DNA from: Mayamaea pseudoterrestris
Taxonomy: Eukaryota
DNA length: 64,000 bases
Assembly: GCA_027923505.1 (NCBI GenBank)
Contig: BROI01000002.1
Coordinates: 2,170,001-2,234,000 of the forward strand
Direction of reading: 5' to 3'
Shown: one piece after another, positions 8,569 to 19,198 of the stretch
How positions within the stretch are numbered: the first letter of the stretch is position 1
Layout: every line of letters begins with the position of its first letter
Program-made: the position numbers and the translations under genes
The notes under the pieces: generated by a model
What the model was told of the DNA's origin: nothing
The model's database searches: none
Seen by the model: only the letters and a program-made list of their open reading frames with translations

Positions 8569-11535
8569 CTACGCAATGACACTGTCCAGCCAGTCGTTCA
8601 ATTCGCCAACGTCTTCCACTTCAATGCCCTCCTCCTGCCCTGAACCACTCTTCAACGCCGCGTTGAGCCATTCGTCCCGGTCAGTCGTTCGTCGTGGACT
8701 GGAGGACTGTCTCCTTCGCCGTTCGCTCGAAATGGAGCGGCGAATGGAATCGTGATTCGTTGTTGCTGCTGCGTCTCGATTATTTGGTAGTCGCCTCGAC
8801 GGAGAAGCGCTCGTAGTGTCGCGCAGCAGTGGCTGCCCGGTGCGAATGGCACGAATGATGCGCGACGGACTTAACGAGGCGCTGTCCACGGCCGAAAGGT
8901 CAATCACGTCCACCATGTGACGCTGCGGCGACGAGGACGACGTACGGCCCGTCTTGCCGTGAGGATACTTGGCAACTTCCTTGGTGGTGATTCTGACGCG
9001 AAGAGGGCTTGGTGTTTTGTTATTGTTGTTGCCGCTGCTTCTGCGTTGCTGGTCACTATGTTTGCGCTTGATTTCCAAACCTTGGTTGGATTCGTCCTCC
9101 ACGTACGTGGCAACATCGCTCTTGATGGGATGCAAATCAACGTCTCCTTGGTACGAAAAACTACCAGCTCCGCCTCGATTGGACGACTTTTGTAAGGCCC
9201 TTGCCTTACGCTCACTCACTTCAATGCCTGGAACCGTGTCGCAGTCTTCCAGTAAGTGAATGGAACTCAAAATGGCCGACGTTTGTGCACTGTTGTTGTC
9301 CGTCAAGGAATTGTTGCCGCCGCCGCCGCCATCATCCAGCGGTGCCGCACCGGAACGATGATTAGCCTGCGGGAGCGACAATGGCTGGCTCGTCGTCGTG
9401 GCTGATATTGACGTCGGTGGACGATTCGTAGGTGGCGTGGACCGCGTCGGCTCGTTGCGGCGCACTGGCGACCGGCCGCGTCGCTGCTGCGCCAAAGATC
9501 CTCCAAGTCCCACCGACTCCAGCAAGTCACGTTCATTCTGGGGGAGTGCGCTCGTCTCTCGCGCCTGCGAATGGTTGCTGCCTGACTTTGGAACCTTGAC
9601 GGAAACGTCGTGAATCGGATAGAGCTGCGCACGAGTGGGCGTGGCAGCGCGCGTGGGACTTGCGGAAACGCGCTTGTCGTCCCGCTCTGCTCTTGTAGTA
9701 TTTCGCGACGGTAAATGGTCTTTTTTACTTGTCGCTGGCGGCGTAGATGCAGGTGCTTGTTGCTTACTGCTCGGTGAGACAGATCTTATTTTATTATGTA
9801 AACCTTGTTGCTTCGGGGTCATTGTTGTAGGTGTAGGAGGCGATTTCACATTTGCACTTGAAGGAGTCGCAAGGTTCTTATTGCTTGCGACTGGCATCGA
9901 CTTGCTGGAGGAAACAGCCGCAGCTACTGGCGTCTTGGCTGCAGCCGTAGCCTTGAGCGCACTGTTTCTTGGACTCCTTGGTCGAGCGGAACTGCCGACG
10001 GTTTTGATTTCAAACGACTCGCCTGGCTTTGGTGCCCAACCACTGTCACTCGAAAGAGGCGGCGGATGCAGTCGATCATTGTCGCGAATGGACTGCAAGC
10101 CGACGGAACTAATGGTGGTCATTTCCTCGCTCGTGAATTGTGGCATGGGTGGTTGGTGCTGGTGGTGATGACTTGGTGACAAAGTACGTTGATCCGTGTC
10201 GATGCGAAGCGGAGTCCGCAACCTCGATAAAGCTGGACTTGGTGCTGCCTGCTTGGTGCTAGCGGCAGGTCGTTCACGTGATGGGCTTGCTGGAACAGGT
10301 TTTGGTGACTGCTTTGCAGCAGCATTATTTATTCGTGCATCTCTCGGCGGACTAAGGCTCTTGCGATGCAGCTTTAAGACTCCTTCAATGGCCGTGGTGG
10401 ACTTGGGCACCGTTCCCTCGTAAACTTGCATTGTTTCATTATTTGTTTGCGGCATGGGTTGGGGCGACCGTCGCGAAATGCTTGGTGGCTGCTCATCCAA
10501 AATTTGTTCGCCCGCCAAGGTTGACGTTCCATTGGTAGACGTGACACTTGGTGGCTGCCGCTGCTTGGTCGAAAGACTTCCCAGCAGTTGCATGGTTTCG
10601 TCTTCATCATCCGAAGACTGTCGACTCGCCATGACTAAATCATCATCATCATGTTCATCACTGCTGCAGCTCAATCGACTCAGTATCGTCGTAGTTGCTT
10701 CCGCCAGTATGGAATTTTCGTCCGACGGCGCCATGTGAAGCGACCGTGGCGTATCGTTATCATGATTATGGTTATTGTGCGGCGACGATACAATCGTGTC
10801 CAGTGGCATGCGCTGCCGCGTGGGACTCGACGATGGACTGCGGGCCGCCATGATGCGCTCGTCGCCCGTCATGGCTTGGTGGAGCCGCTCGTTGAACATG
10901 CTCTTGAGGGAGAGTGCTTCGTCTAATTCTGGACTGCATATTGACGAATCACCATGTTCCTGTGCCGGCGGATAAATGGCGTCCATCAAGTGTTGCGGAA
11001 TGTTATAACGCTCCGCCAAGGTTACACCTTGCTCTAAACAAGCGTCCATTACATCGAATTGAAGTGAATTGCTGCTCGTCAAAACGCTGGGCGCGTTCAC
11101 GTAATTGTCGTCCAGCGACACGACCGATGCGCTCGTGTTTACTTTGAGCTGGTGCAAATATGTATGAGAATGATGTCGATGTGATGATGACGATCGATGC
11201 GCGTAGGACTGCGCGTAGGCTGACGTTGCCGACGGCATTTCCAGCAGCATGCGATCCACCGCATGATCCACTACTTGCTGCGATTCGCCAACGCTTACCG
11301 AAGGCTCGGATTCAGTGTATGACAATGTATTGACGTTATTTCTCCAATTATTATCCGCCTCCGACGCATAGGATGGAACGCGCGTGGGATGTGGGCGAAC
11401 GTAGCGTTGCTGCGGCTGCGATGATGCGGCATCACTACTACTTGCGCCAGTCAGTTCGGAGAGAATGCTTGAATTGTCGCGGCCTTTTCGCGACTTGGCT
11501 TTGGATTTATTGTAGAGGACTTGTGAACGGCCCAT
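8569..11535 (-). CDS. Large low-complexity Ser/Pro/Thr-rich protein, possibly AVEN/RIPR(CER16)-like
   Basis: Long open frame; first ATG at 11535 (MGRSQVLYNK). It is mostly disordered, with conserved-looking islands NNWRNN, LEQGVTLAERYNIPQHLM and C-terminal ELNDWLDSVIA. The gene itself is well supported; the family call is tentative. Confidence 0.6.
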   Translation of the reverse strand: MGRSQVLYNKSKAKSRKGRDNSSILSELTGASSSDAASSQPQQRYVRPHPTRVPSYASEADNNWRNNVNTLSYTESEPSVSVGESQQVVDHAVDRMLLEMPSATSAYAQSYAHRSSSSHRHHSHTYLHQLKVNTSASVVSLDDNYVNAPSVLTSSNSLQFDVMDACLEQGVTLAERYNIPQHLMDAIYPPAQEHGDSSICSPELDEALSLKSMFNERLHQAMTGDERIMAARSPSSSPTRQRMPLDTIVSSPHNNHNHDNDTPRSLHMAPSDENSILAEATTTILSRLSCSSDEHDDDDLVMASRQSSDDEDETMQLLGSLSTKQRQPPSVTSTNGTSTLAGEQILDEQPPSISRRSPQPMPQTNNETMQVYEGTVPKSTTAIEGVLKLHRKSLSPPRDARINNAAAKQSPKPVPASPSRERPAASTKQAAPSPALSRLRTPLRIDTDQRTLSPSHHHQHQPPMPQFTSEEMTTISSVGLQSIRDNDRLHPPPLSSDSGWAPKPGESFEIKTVGSSARPRSPRNSALKATAAAKTPVAAAVSSSKSMPVASNKNLATPSSANVKSPPTPTTMTPKQQGLHNKIRSVSPSSKQQAPASTPPATSKKDHLPSRNTTRAERDDKRVSASPTRAATPTRAQLYPIHDVSVKVPKSGSNHSQARETSALPQNERDLLESVGLGGSLAQQRRGRSPVRRNEPTRSTPPTNRPPTSISATTTSQPLSLPQANHRSGAAPLDDGGGGGNNSLTDNNSAQTSAILSSIHLLEDCDTVPGIEVSERKARALQKSSNRGGAGSFSYQGDVDLHPIKSDVATYVEDESNQGLEIKRKHSDQQRRSSGNNNNKTPSPLRVRITTKEVAKYPHGKTGRTSSSSPQRHMVDVIDLSAVDSASLSPSRIIRAIRTGQPLLRDTTSASPSRRLPNNRDAAATTNHDSIRRSISSERRRRQSSSPRRTTDRDEWLNAALKSGSGQEEGIEVEDVGELNDWLDSVIA

Positions 11536-11809
11536 TATATATAGTAGTCGTTTGTTACAGTAGATGAGATACAAGATTGTTGAAAGGCAGTGAAAAAGCA
11601 AGCAGGATTGTTGCAATGGTCGTCATGGTGGCGTCGCGGCGATTGTGGTCTGACAAGTCGCATCGCTAACCGCTGCGACAAACGCTTACTCGACCCACTT
11701 CATGTTGGCTATGTACGATGCTACATTCGGCCGAATGTGTAGGAGTAAGATTTACACGTATAGGGATGTAGTTAGTGATTTGTGTACTTCGTTTGATGAA
11801 CTCTAATCT

Positions 11810-14161
11810 CTAAACACTCACTTGCGCAAAGGCAACGTCTTGCTTGGCGCAAACGGGACACACGCGCTCACGCTCGAGCCTTTCAAAGACGCAATTGCCG
11901 CAAAAGGCAAAGTGCATGCATGGCGTGGAAATGTGGGTGCGGTCGCCGACGCGACAAACGACGCAGGGCGGCAAGCTAGACGCGCTCACCACGCTGGCGC
12001 CGCCACTGGACTTGCATGTTGCAAGTGTTGGAGCGAATGGAATTGCGGAAACAATTTTCGTCGTGCGTGCTTTGGTACTTTCATTCGTAGGCTTGACATC
12101 AAACGGCACCGAGCAGTCGTCATCGCTCTCCTCAATGACCGCAAGGGGTTGCGCTGGACCCGCAACATCTTCCATTGATCCGCCTCCAATGCTGCCTCTT
12201 TTATCCGGCAGCGCAGCCTCCTTTTGACGAGCTCGCTCCAAGTATGCTTGTCGCTTGGATTCAATGCGCTGGAGTTCCTTCTTTTCTTCAATCTCCCGTT
12301 GCTTCAAACACTCCTCATCCAGTCGCTCGCGTTCCAACAAGTCTTGGGCAAACGGAGAGTGAATTGCCTGCTGCTTTCTTCTGGAACCAAACAAGAATTT
12401 GCGCCATCCCCGCCTCTTTTTACTTTCAACCTTGTTGGAGATGCTGCGCGAAAATGAGGTTGCAATTGGCTTTTTCGGTGCCGAAGATTGCGACGTTGGC
12501 GAAAGTGACTTGGTCGTGGCACTGGACGGATTTAGTGGCTTGACTTTGCCGGGAGACGGCGTCGCAGGAACTGCCGCACCAACATTCGGCTTGGCCGAAA
12601 TGCGTTGCTTGGCCTTTTCAATGTTTTGGCTCCAGGAATTGTACTGCGCCCCGTTCAGCGAGCCAGTGTCCTTGGCCTTTGGAATGACGGAGCTAACCAT
12701 GAGGCGGTCATGCTCCTGCAATCCTTCAATCGTTAAGCGCAAGCATCCAGGCTCCTCCTGCTGCTCCATTAAATCCTTATCAGTTGGATTGATTACAACA
12801 TCCATGTCCATGGAAACGTCAGCCGTCGTATCATCCAATTCCGTGTCAGTTTCTTCCTCCTCATCCGTTTCTTCCAGTTTCTTGACATCGTCATGAGTAC
12901 TCGCAATGGAACTGACATACGACTCATCCATGGACAGCAACGGCGGATCCTCGTAGGGACCATCATCGTCGGCAAACTTGCTGTAGGGATTCGGCATGTT
13001 ACTCGATGGTTTCGGCGGCGCAAGCAGCTTCTTGCCTGTGCTGCTCTTTAGTGACAGTAACTGCTGCTGCTTGTCCAGCGATGACCGCCGCTTGCCACCA
13101 TCAGCCGGCAAAATCTTCATGGAAACCGTCGACGGCGGAAGCTCCAGCAACGTTGGTTTTGCCTTTAAATTCTTCATGTTTTTCGTCGTTTGCGTCGATG
13201 ACGTTCGAAACGAGTCTACCGATGACATACTGTACGTCTTTTTAATTTCCAGTAAATGTTTATTCTCCTTTTCACTAGAGTCGTTGGTGCGAGACTGTTC
13301 CATCCGCGGCGCAATGTATGTTGGTGGCACCTTATTACGAATGGGCGGCTTGGTGGCATTAGCCAATCGCGCCTTGTCCTTTAATTTTCGCGCACTCTGC
13401 GCCTCCTGCACGCGCCGACTCGAGATACCAGTGTTAGTTAAAACGCTTGCCGCAGTAGCCGCTTTGGGGCGCTTGGTCATGTCAACAGGTCGGGCGGCGC
13501 GAGTTCTTGGCTCGTAATGGGAATCGCCGTCACCAAGCGACACGCCCGTGAGCGTATACTCGTCAAAGTAATCATCGTTGAAATCATTGGATGCAATGCT
13601 ATTGGAACTTGCAGGTTGATTATTTATCGTTGCAGTCGGTTTGGAAATCCTCTTGCGATTCATTGCCGGCGGCGAGTGCTGCTCGCGATAGGAACTGACG
13701 GCATGTCGGTACGCTTCAATGCGCACGTCAATGTCGTCCGTGTTCAGCAGCCGAAAGTTGCTTGGCTTGTTGGCCGTCTTGCGAATGGAAATCTCGGGAG
13801 ACACCTTGTGATCGCCGCCAAGGTTGACGGACCTTCGAATGACAGAGTCAAGGTTAATCGTTGATACAGTATTGTCGCCAAAGGTTAGTCCGCTCAGCGT
13901 CATGCCATCCAAGGTGAGTTCATCCGTATCTGGATAGGATTCACTGGCAGTGGAGCATGCATGTACTATGCGGGGCTGCTGCTGCTGCTGCTTGTCATTG
14001 GAAGAGGCGCAATACTTGCTCGTCTTTTTTGGTGACGGCGTCGTTCGGTTCATGTTAAAGAAGGAAGGCATCCTGCTGCTGTCCTTGTCCTTGGTAGGCG
14101 ACGGCTTGGAGGAGCTTAAATGCAACGATCTCGAGTCGTACGGGGTAATGGCGAATTGCAT
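11810..14161 (-). CDS. C-terminal C3HC4 RING-finger protein (probable E3 ligase) with long disordered N-terminus
   Basis: The C-terminus CVVC..(11)..PCMHFAFCGNC..(9)..CPVC is a zf-C3HC4_3-type RING. The first ATG is at 14161; an alternative start MPSFF lies further in. Confidence 0.8.
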   Translation of the reverse strand: MQFAITPYDSRSLHLSSSKPSPTKDKDSSRMPSFFNMNRTTPSPKKTSKYCASSNDKQQQQQPRIVHACSTASESYPDTDELTLDGMTLSGLTFGDNTVSTINLDSVIRRSVNLGGDHKVSPEISIRKTANKPSNFRLLNTDDIDVRIEAYRHAVSSYREQHSPPAMNRKRISKPTATINNQPASSNSIASNDFNDDYFDEYTLTGVSLGDGDSHYEPRTRAARPVDMTKRPKAATAASVLTNTGISSRRVQEAQSARKLKDKARLANATKPPIRNKVPPTYIAPRMEQSRTNDSSEKENKHLLEIKKTYSMSSVDSFRTSSTQTTKNMKNLKAKPTLLELPPSTVSMKILPADGGKRRSSLDKQQQLLSLKSSTGKKLLAPPKPSSNMPNPYSKFADDDGPYEDPPLLSMDESYVSSIASTHDDVKKLEETDEEEETDTELDDTTADVSMDMDVVINPTDKDLMEQQEEPGCLRLTIEGLQEHDRLMVSSVIPKAKDTGSLNGAQYNSWSQNIEKAKQRISAKPNVGAAVPATPSPGKVKPLNPSSATTKSLSPTSQSSAPKKPIATSFSRSISNKVESKKRRGWRKFLFGSRRKQQAIHSPFAQDLLERERLDEECLKQREIEEKKELQRIESKRQAYLERARQKEAALPDKRGSIGGGSMEDVAGPAQPLAVIEESDDDCSVPFDVKPTNESTKARTTKIVSAIPFAPTLATCKSSGGASVVSASSLPPCVVCRVGDRTHISTPCMHFAFCGNCVFERLERERVCPVCAKQDVAFAQVSV

Positions 14162-14826
14162 ATAGCAGTCAATATGATGATGCAGTTTCTGGTTCCGACT
14201 GTAGTACCAGTGATGGTTTTGCTCGTATGGACTACTTTGGATCGAACCTGCGAAACGTCTCCCATCGTCCACAATGTGTGTCTCGTCCGACGGTGCATGG
14301 GAATGGCGCGCGCGCACAAAGTCGGGTGGCGGATGAATGAACGGAAAGGCGCTGATGTTTTGCTTCCTATGACAGGCTATTCATCTTGACAGTCATGTAC
14401 GTCTTTAGCACTTCAAATATATATTACAGTATATCTTGTTATTTTATATTGCGAAGTCGATGTACTCCATACCGCTTTAAAGCATCTCATCTTCCCGACA
14501 TGAGTCGGCGCGCGCGAGTCGTGCGTTGATCCACGAGTCGGAATGCCAAGCGAGCCGACCTCGGAATCGACTCGCTTTCATTCCCGGTTCGAAGCGGTTC
14601 GACTCACGTACGTACGATCGAGTAAAAACGCTACGTCAGCAGGAACCTGTGCGACACCACAAACGACTAAAATCGGCGATTTTCAATTCAAAACACCGAG
14701 AGGTGCAGCGCTCCTCGTGTTGCTCCCACCTGACATGCTTGCGCAACGACAAGTTGTGCAAATTGTTTCATTGATTTCGTAGAATAAACCGACAAATAAA
14801 CATAACTTGCTTTTGGAGAAGAAACC

Positions 14827-17328
14827 ATGATGATTCGTCAAAGGATCAAGTCGTTGCGAGGCTCTGACGAAGATGACAGCTTGTTTCTGCTGCCCCTTCG
14901 GTTGACGTCGACGCGCAGCAAGGCGGCATCCACCACGTGGTTGGCAGGTACCATGCTATTGGCTCTCTTTTCCATGTACTGCACATGGACGTTCTATCCA
15001 AGCAGTCTTGATACGCAGCGACAAATTGCCGTGGTGCAATCGCCGTCCATACGATCAGTGGAGCAGAGGCAGTTACTGCCACCGGCAAGGAGGCGGTCGC
15101 TGCAGGATCGACTCCAAATGCGAAAGATTGCTTGGCTATTGAGCTTTCCCAATTCCGTGAGTAGTTGAATGTTGAGATGGCGCTGAAATTGTGCTTGCTG
15201 TTTACTGATCTCACAAGTCTATTGTATTTTATCGACTGCACCACCACAGGGAACAACCTTTACTCTTGCAAACATGGAAGCCGTGACAAACATGTCCACT
15301 GCCACCAACTACGACAATGAAATTCTATCGGAAACCATCTATCCACTCAACCCCGAGCACTACGAAGCTCCCTTTGTCTTTTCACCCCACTTGGAGCTAC
15401 CAAAGTATGTTTTGACCAAGACACACTGCGTCGGCTACTGCGACCACTGCCACCACTCGACCATTACCTACGACGTATCCAGCTTTCAGTTTGGCTGCAT
15501 GAAGAGTACCGTCAAGCGAAACTGCTGGACGGATCGCAAGTTTTACGACGTGAACAGTGTCAAAAAGGCGGTGCACTTGGTGCGTGATCCGTTCGACAAC
15601 ATTGTGGCGCGCATGCACTTGCACGTCAAGGAGCGGCGCAAGGATAAAAGTGTTCCGGTGCAAGTGCTGGATCAGTTTACGGAAACGAGAGAAGGATTGG
15701 CGGCGTGGTGCAAGTATGTAGATACCATGTTTCAAGATATTCAATCACATGATTGGGAGCAAGAGAATGGTGGCTACAATCAAATTTCCAACGAGACAAT
15801 GGAGCAAGTGTTAACTGTCCCATGTCACTCGGAATGGTTTCGTTATACGCAGTGGCACAATTTGACCACGGCGCTGCTGGACGAGCGACTTTTAGAAAGA
15901 CAAGTCTTGTATTATGAGGATTACTCAAGCAATTTTGAACAAACGGTGCAGAGGCTTGCAGACTTTATGGAACAATCAATCGTTCATGAATCTCTCCCCT
16001 TCATTGCTGGAAAGACGTACGGACACTTTTATACGGATGACGAGAAGAAAAGAATTGCAAACTTGATCTTCAATCTTGCGTCAAAGGAAACATGGTCGGT
16101 GTTGAGTCGGTACCTGGAGCAGTACGTTGACAAGGAGCAGAAAGCTGTAACCGCCACAGACAGCGACACTGCACCCAAAGTGGTATGGCTCATGTCCTTT
16201 CCACAATCGGGTGCAAAGTTTGTGCAGAATGTGGTAAAAACAATGAGTAATGCATCCGTCGGTACACAAAATGGGCGCGAAGTTAAGCTCGACACCCGCA
16301 AGGTGTGGCCCGACCAAGTCTACAGTCCCATGCTTTCTCAGCCAGACATGGAGACACCCGCACGAGTGTTGACACGAACTCACTGCATCGGTGGAGCTTT
16401 CGATGCACTGCCAATCGAAGACTATGTAGTGTTTAGTCGCAACTGCCGAATGGTCACAATGAAGGAAGAGAACAAAACCACCGTTGGACATTTTAACATG
16501 AACATGATAAGTGGTGCCATTACACTGGTGCGCAATCCGTCAACCGTTATTCATTCGCGAATGACGCGGCGATCACGACAATTGTTAAACTGGAGTGAAG
16601 AGGAATGGCTAATCAAGCGTGACTCTCGTAAGGGCTTGCTCGAGTACTGCAAAAGGGTTGACGGCGCGTATACAAAGAGAGACAAGGGTCCATACACACC
16701 AAGGGCTGCCGCCCAGCCTCGGTTAATCGGTGTCCTCAGGAAGCGGTGGTACGAAATCCGTCTGCGGTATAGGCGAATTCATAGAGCAATCGACCGCAAG
16801 GCGACATGTCCATCTCAATGGTTCGCGTCGAGGGCCAATCTACGGAGATACCGTTTCATGAAGGACGAAGTGGGTCAGGAAGAATTTGAATACTTCACGG
16901 AGAAGATGAAGGCACAGTTCCGCAACCATCCTGTGAGCGAACCAATCAAGAAACTGTTTACGGACCTGCCGTGCTACTCTGAGTGGTTACGCTACATTCA
17001 ATTCTACAACTACGCACTTGACATTACTGGAAACATACCTGGAAAGATATTTTACTTTGAGTTTTTCCTCAAGGACTATGAACTTGTTTCGCAAGGTCTC
17101 CTCGACTACCTTCGGCTGCCACGCCAAGCCGATCCACCCCTGTCGTTCAACAAGACGAGGACTCTTGGCAGTAGCTTGTACACAGCAAAGGAATCTCTAC
17201 TAGCCGCCAAACTTGTCCGAACGCTGGGATCAGCGACAACATGGGATACGCTAAAAGTCTATTTCGAGAAGGAGGATTGGTATGATTCTAAAGAACTGCA
17301 AGGCGTCAGGCGGATCAATGAAAATTAA
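14827..17328 (+). CDS. Type II membrane protein with two tandem sulfotransferase-like (P-loop) domains
   Basis: Exons 14827-15156 and 15250-17328, intron 15157-15249 (GTGAGT..CACAG). Splicing restores WLLSFPNS|GTTF (5'-PSB loop). Further motifs are LTKTHC and VHLVRDPFDNIVAR (3'-PB). The second copy has WLMSFPQSGAKF, LTRTHC, TLVRNP. One N-terminal TM segment. Confidence 0.75.
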
Positions 17329-17536
17329 CCTATAGCGCAATTTTAGATATTATTATGTTCACTTCAATTTTGCTCAATAATTTTTGTTGTGAGAACACTT
17401 CGTACACCCAGTTGTGACTGACAAATCACAAATGTTCGTTCAGGTAAGTTTGCGATAGCTAGGGTTAGTACCGCAGCGATGAGAATTCATCAAGCTGCAA
17501 CCATCCAACTTTGCAAAGAACAAGTCGATCTTCACC

Positions 17537-19090
17537 ATGATCAACACCATGAAGCGCTTTGTTCCCATGTCAGCTTTTGTCTTTGCTCGACTTGTTTGCA
17601 CCAGAGCCTTTAGTCCCACTTACAGAAGAACCGAGAGAATTTCGACGAGTCCAATTTACCGATCGTTCCGTTTCGCATCGTTACCTCAGCAGCTGCCATC
17701 ATGGCGCAGGTGCAGTAGACTGTCTTCAACTACAAATGCTTCAGCTACAAACCGACCGCTACGAATCAACCTCTCCACAATATCCCTTGCAGAGCTTGAA
17801 ATTCTCATCACAGCATGGGGCCATCCAAAGTTCCGTGCCTCCCAAGTCTATCAATGGATTCACAACCAAGGAATCACGGACGTTTCCGAAATGAACAACA
17901 TTCCAAAGAAACTACGCGAACAACTACTCGAAACAACGGAACCATCAAGCCTTGAACTAATCTTGGAGCAAGAGTCAAAGGATGGCACCATCAAACGCGC
18001 CTACCGCTGCACCGACGGCCAAGTCATTGAAAGCGTCCTCATGCCGTATCGAGACGGTCGCTACACGGCCTGCATTTCCAGCCAAGCTGGCTGCGCGCAG
18101 GGATGTGTCTTTTGCGCGACGGGTCAAATGGGACTGGCCCGGCAGCTGACGAGTGACGAAATCTTTGAGCAAGTGGCGCGGTTCAGTCGGGAGTTGACGA
18201 AGCGCAACAAGGCCGAGCAGCAAGCGAGTGATGATGCGGCAAAGTTGAAGCAGCATGGTCGGCAAATGAGGCTGTCGAACGTTGTATTTATGGGCATGGG
18301 CGAGCCATTGGCAAACTACAGGCATGTGATCAAATCGATTGATCGCATCACCAATGAGTTGGGCATTGGAGCGAGAAAGATAACTGTATCAACGGTTGGT
18401 GTCGTTCCAAACATTCGAAAGCTCATGCAAGAGCCATACCAAGTTCGTTTAGCAGTCTCACTACACTGCGCGACGGATGCGGAGCGAACGGCGCTGCTTC
18501 CCGCCAACAAGCGGTACGGCGGACTCGATGAGCTCATGACGACATTGAACGAATACATCACCACTACTGGCAGGCGACTAACCTTTGAATGGGCCTTGAT
18601 TGACGGTCAGAACGACTCGATTGATACGGCTCGAACATTGGGACGGCTCATTGCCAGACACAATTTGCGGCGCGACATGGTTCATGTGAATGTGATTCCG
18701 CTCAATCCGACTGGTGGCTTTGCCGGCACGCCCAGTCAACGAAATCGCGTCAACGAGTTTTGCAGTACTTTGGAGAAAGAATTTAACATTGCATGCACGC
18801 CTCGTGTTCGAAGAGGCATTGATATTGATGCTGGCTGTGGACAGCTCAAGTCCAAACTGACCAAGGACAATCTTCCGCAGATTGGCGTATACGACGAAAA
18901 AATTAGTGTGGACGAGGATGATGATGAGGATGCTGTAATTACTGCCAACGATCAGACACCATTACAGCAACGTGCATTGGATGCTTTAGATTTCGATGAA
19001 GGCAACTTTGAAGACCCGCAGTACGATGACGATGAAGCGAAACAGGAGGTTGCTCGACTCCTAAATTTAGTCAAAGGGACGCGACTATAG
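17537..19090 (+). CDS. rlmN: Radical-SAM RNA C2-methyltransferase RlmN family, probably plastid-targeted
   Basis: CISSQAGCAQGCVFCATG (CxxxCxxC), VVFMGMGEPL, ITVSTVG, VNVIPLNP, RRGIDIDAGCGQL. The N-terminal hydrophobic stretch ending TRA-FSP resembles a bipartite presequence. Confidence 0.92.
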   Translation: MINTMKRFVPMSAFVFARLVCTRAFSPTYRRTERISTSPIYRSFRFASLPQQLPSWRRCSRLSSTTNASATNRPLRINLSTISLAELEILITAWGHPKFRASQVYQWIHNQGITDVSEMNNIPKKLREQLLETTEPSSLELILEQESKDGTIKRAYRCTDGQVIESVLMPYRDGRYTACISSQAGCAQGCVFCATGQMGLARQLTSDEIFEQVARFSRELTKRNKAEQQASDDAAKLKQHGRQMRLSNVVFMGMGEPLANYRHVIKSIDRITNELGIGARKITVSTVGVVPNIRKLMQEPYQVRLAVSLHCATDAERTALLPANKRYGGLDELMTTLNEYITTTGRRLTFEWALIDGQNDSIDTARTLGRLIARHNLRRDMVHVNVIPLNPTGGFAGTPSQRNRVNEFCSTLEKEFNIACTPRVRRGIDIDAGCGQLKSKLTKDNLPQIGVYDEKISVDEDDDEDAVITANDQTPLQQRALDALDFDEGNFEDPQYDDDEAKQEVARLLNLVKGTRL

Positions 19091-19198
19091 CATTATAGGG
19101 ACCCGATATTTGTATGCATACATCTCGCTAAACCACAGTATTTTACAACTGAAATACCGGTAATTTATATGTTGTCGTCGTTTGCTGTAGACAATAGT

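Noticed and set aside
14583..14612. Two GGTTCGA (T-loop/B-box-like) motifs suggesting a tRNA
   Set aside because: The flanks do not form a 5-bp T-stem, and I could not fold a cloverleaf.
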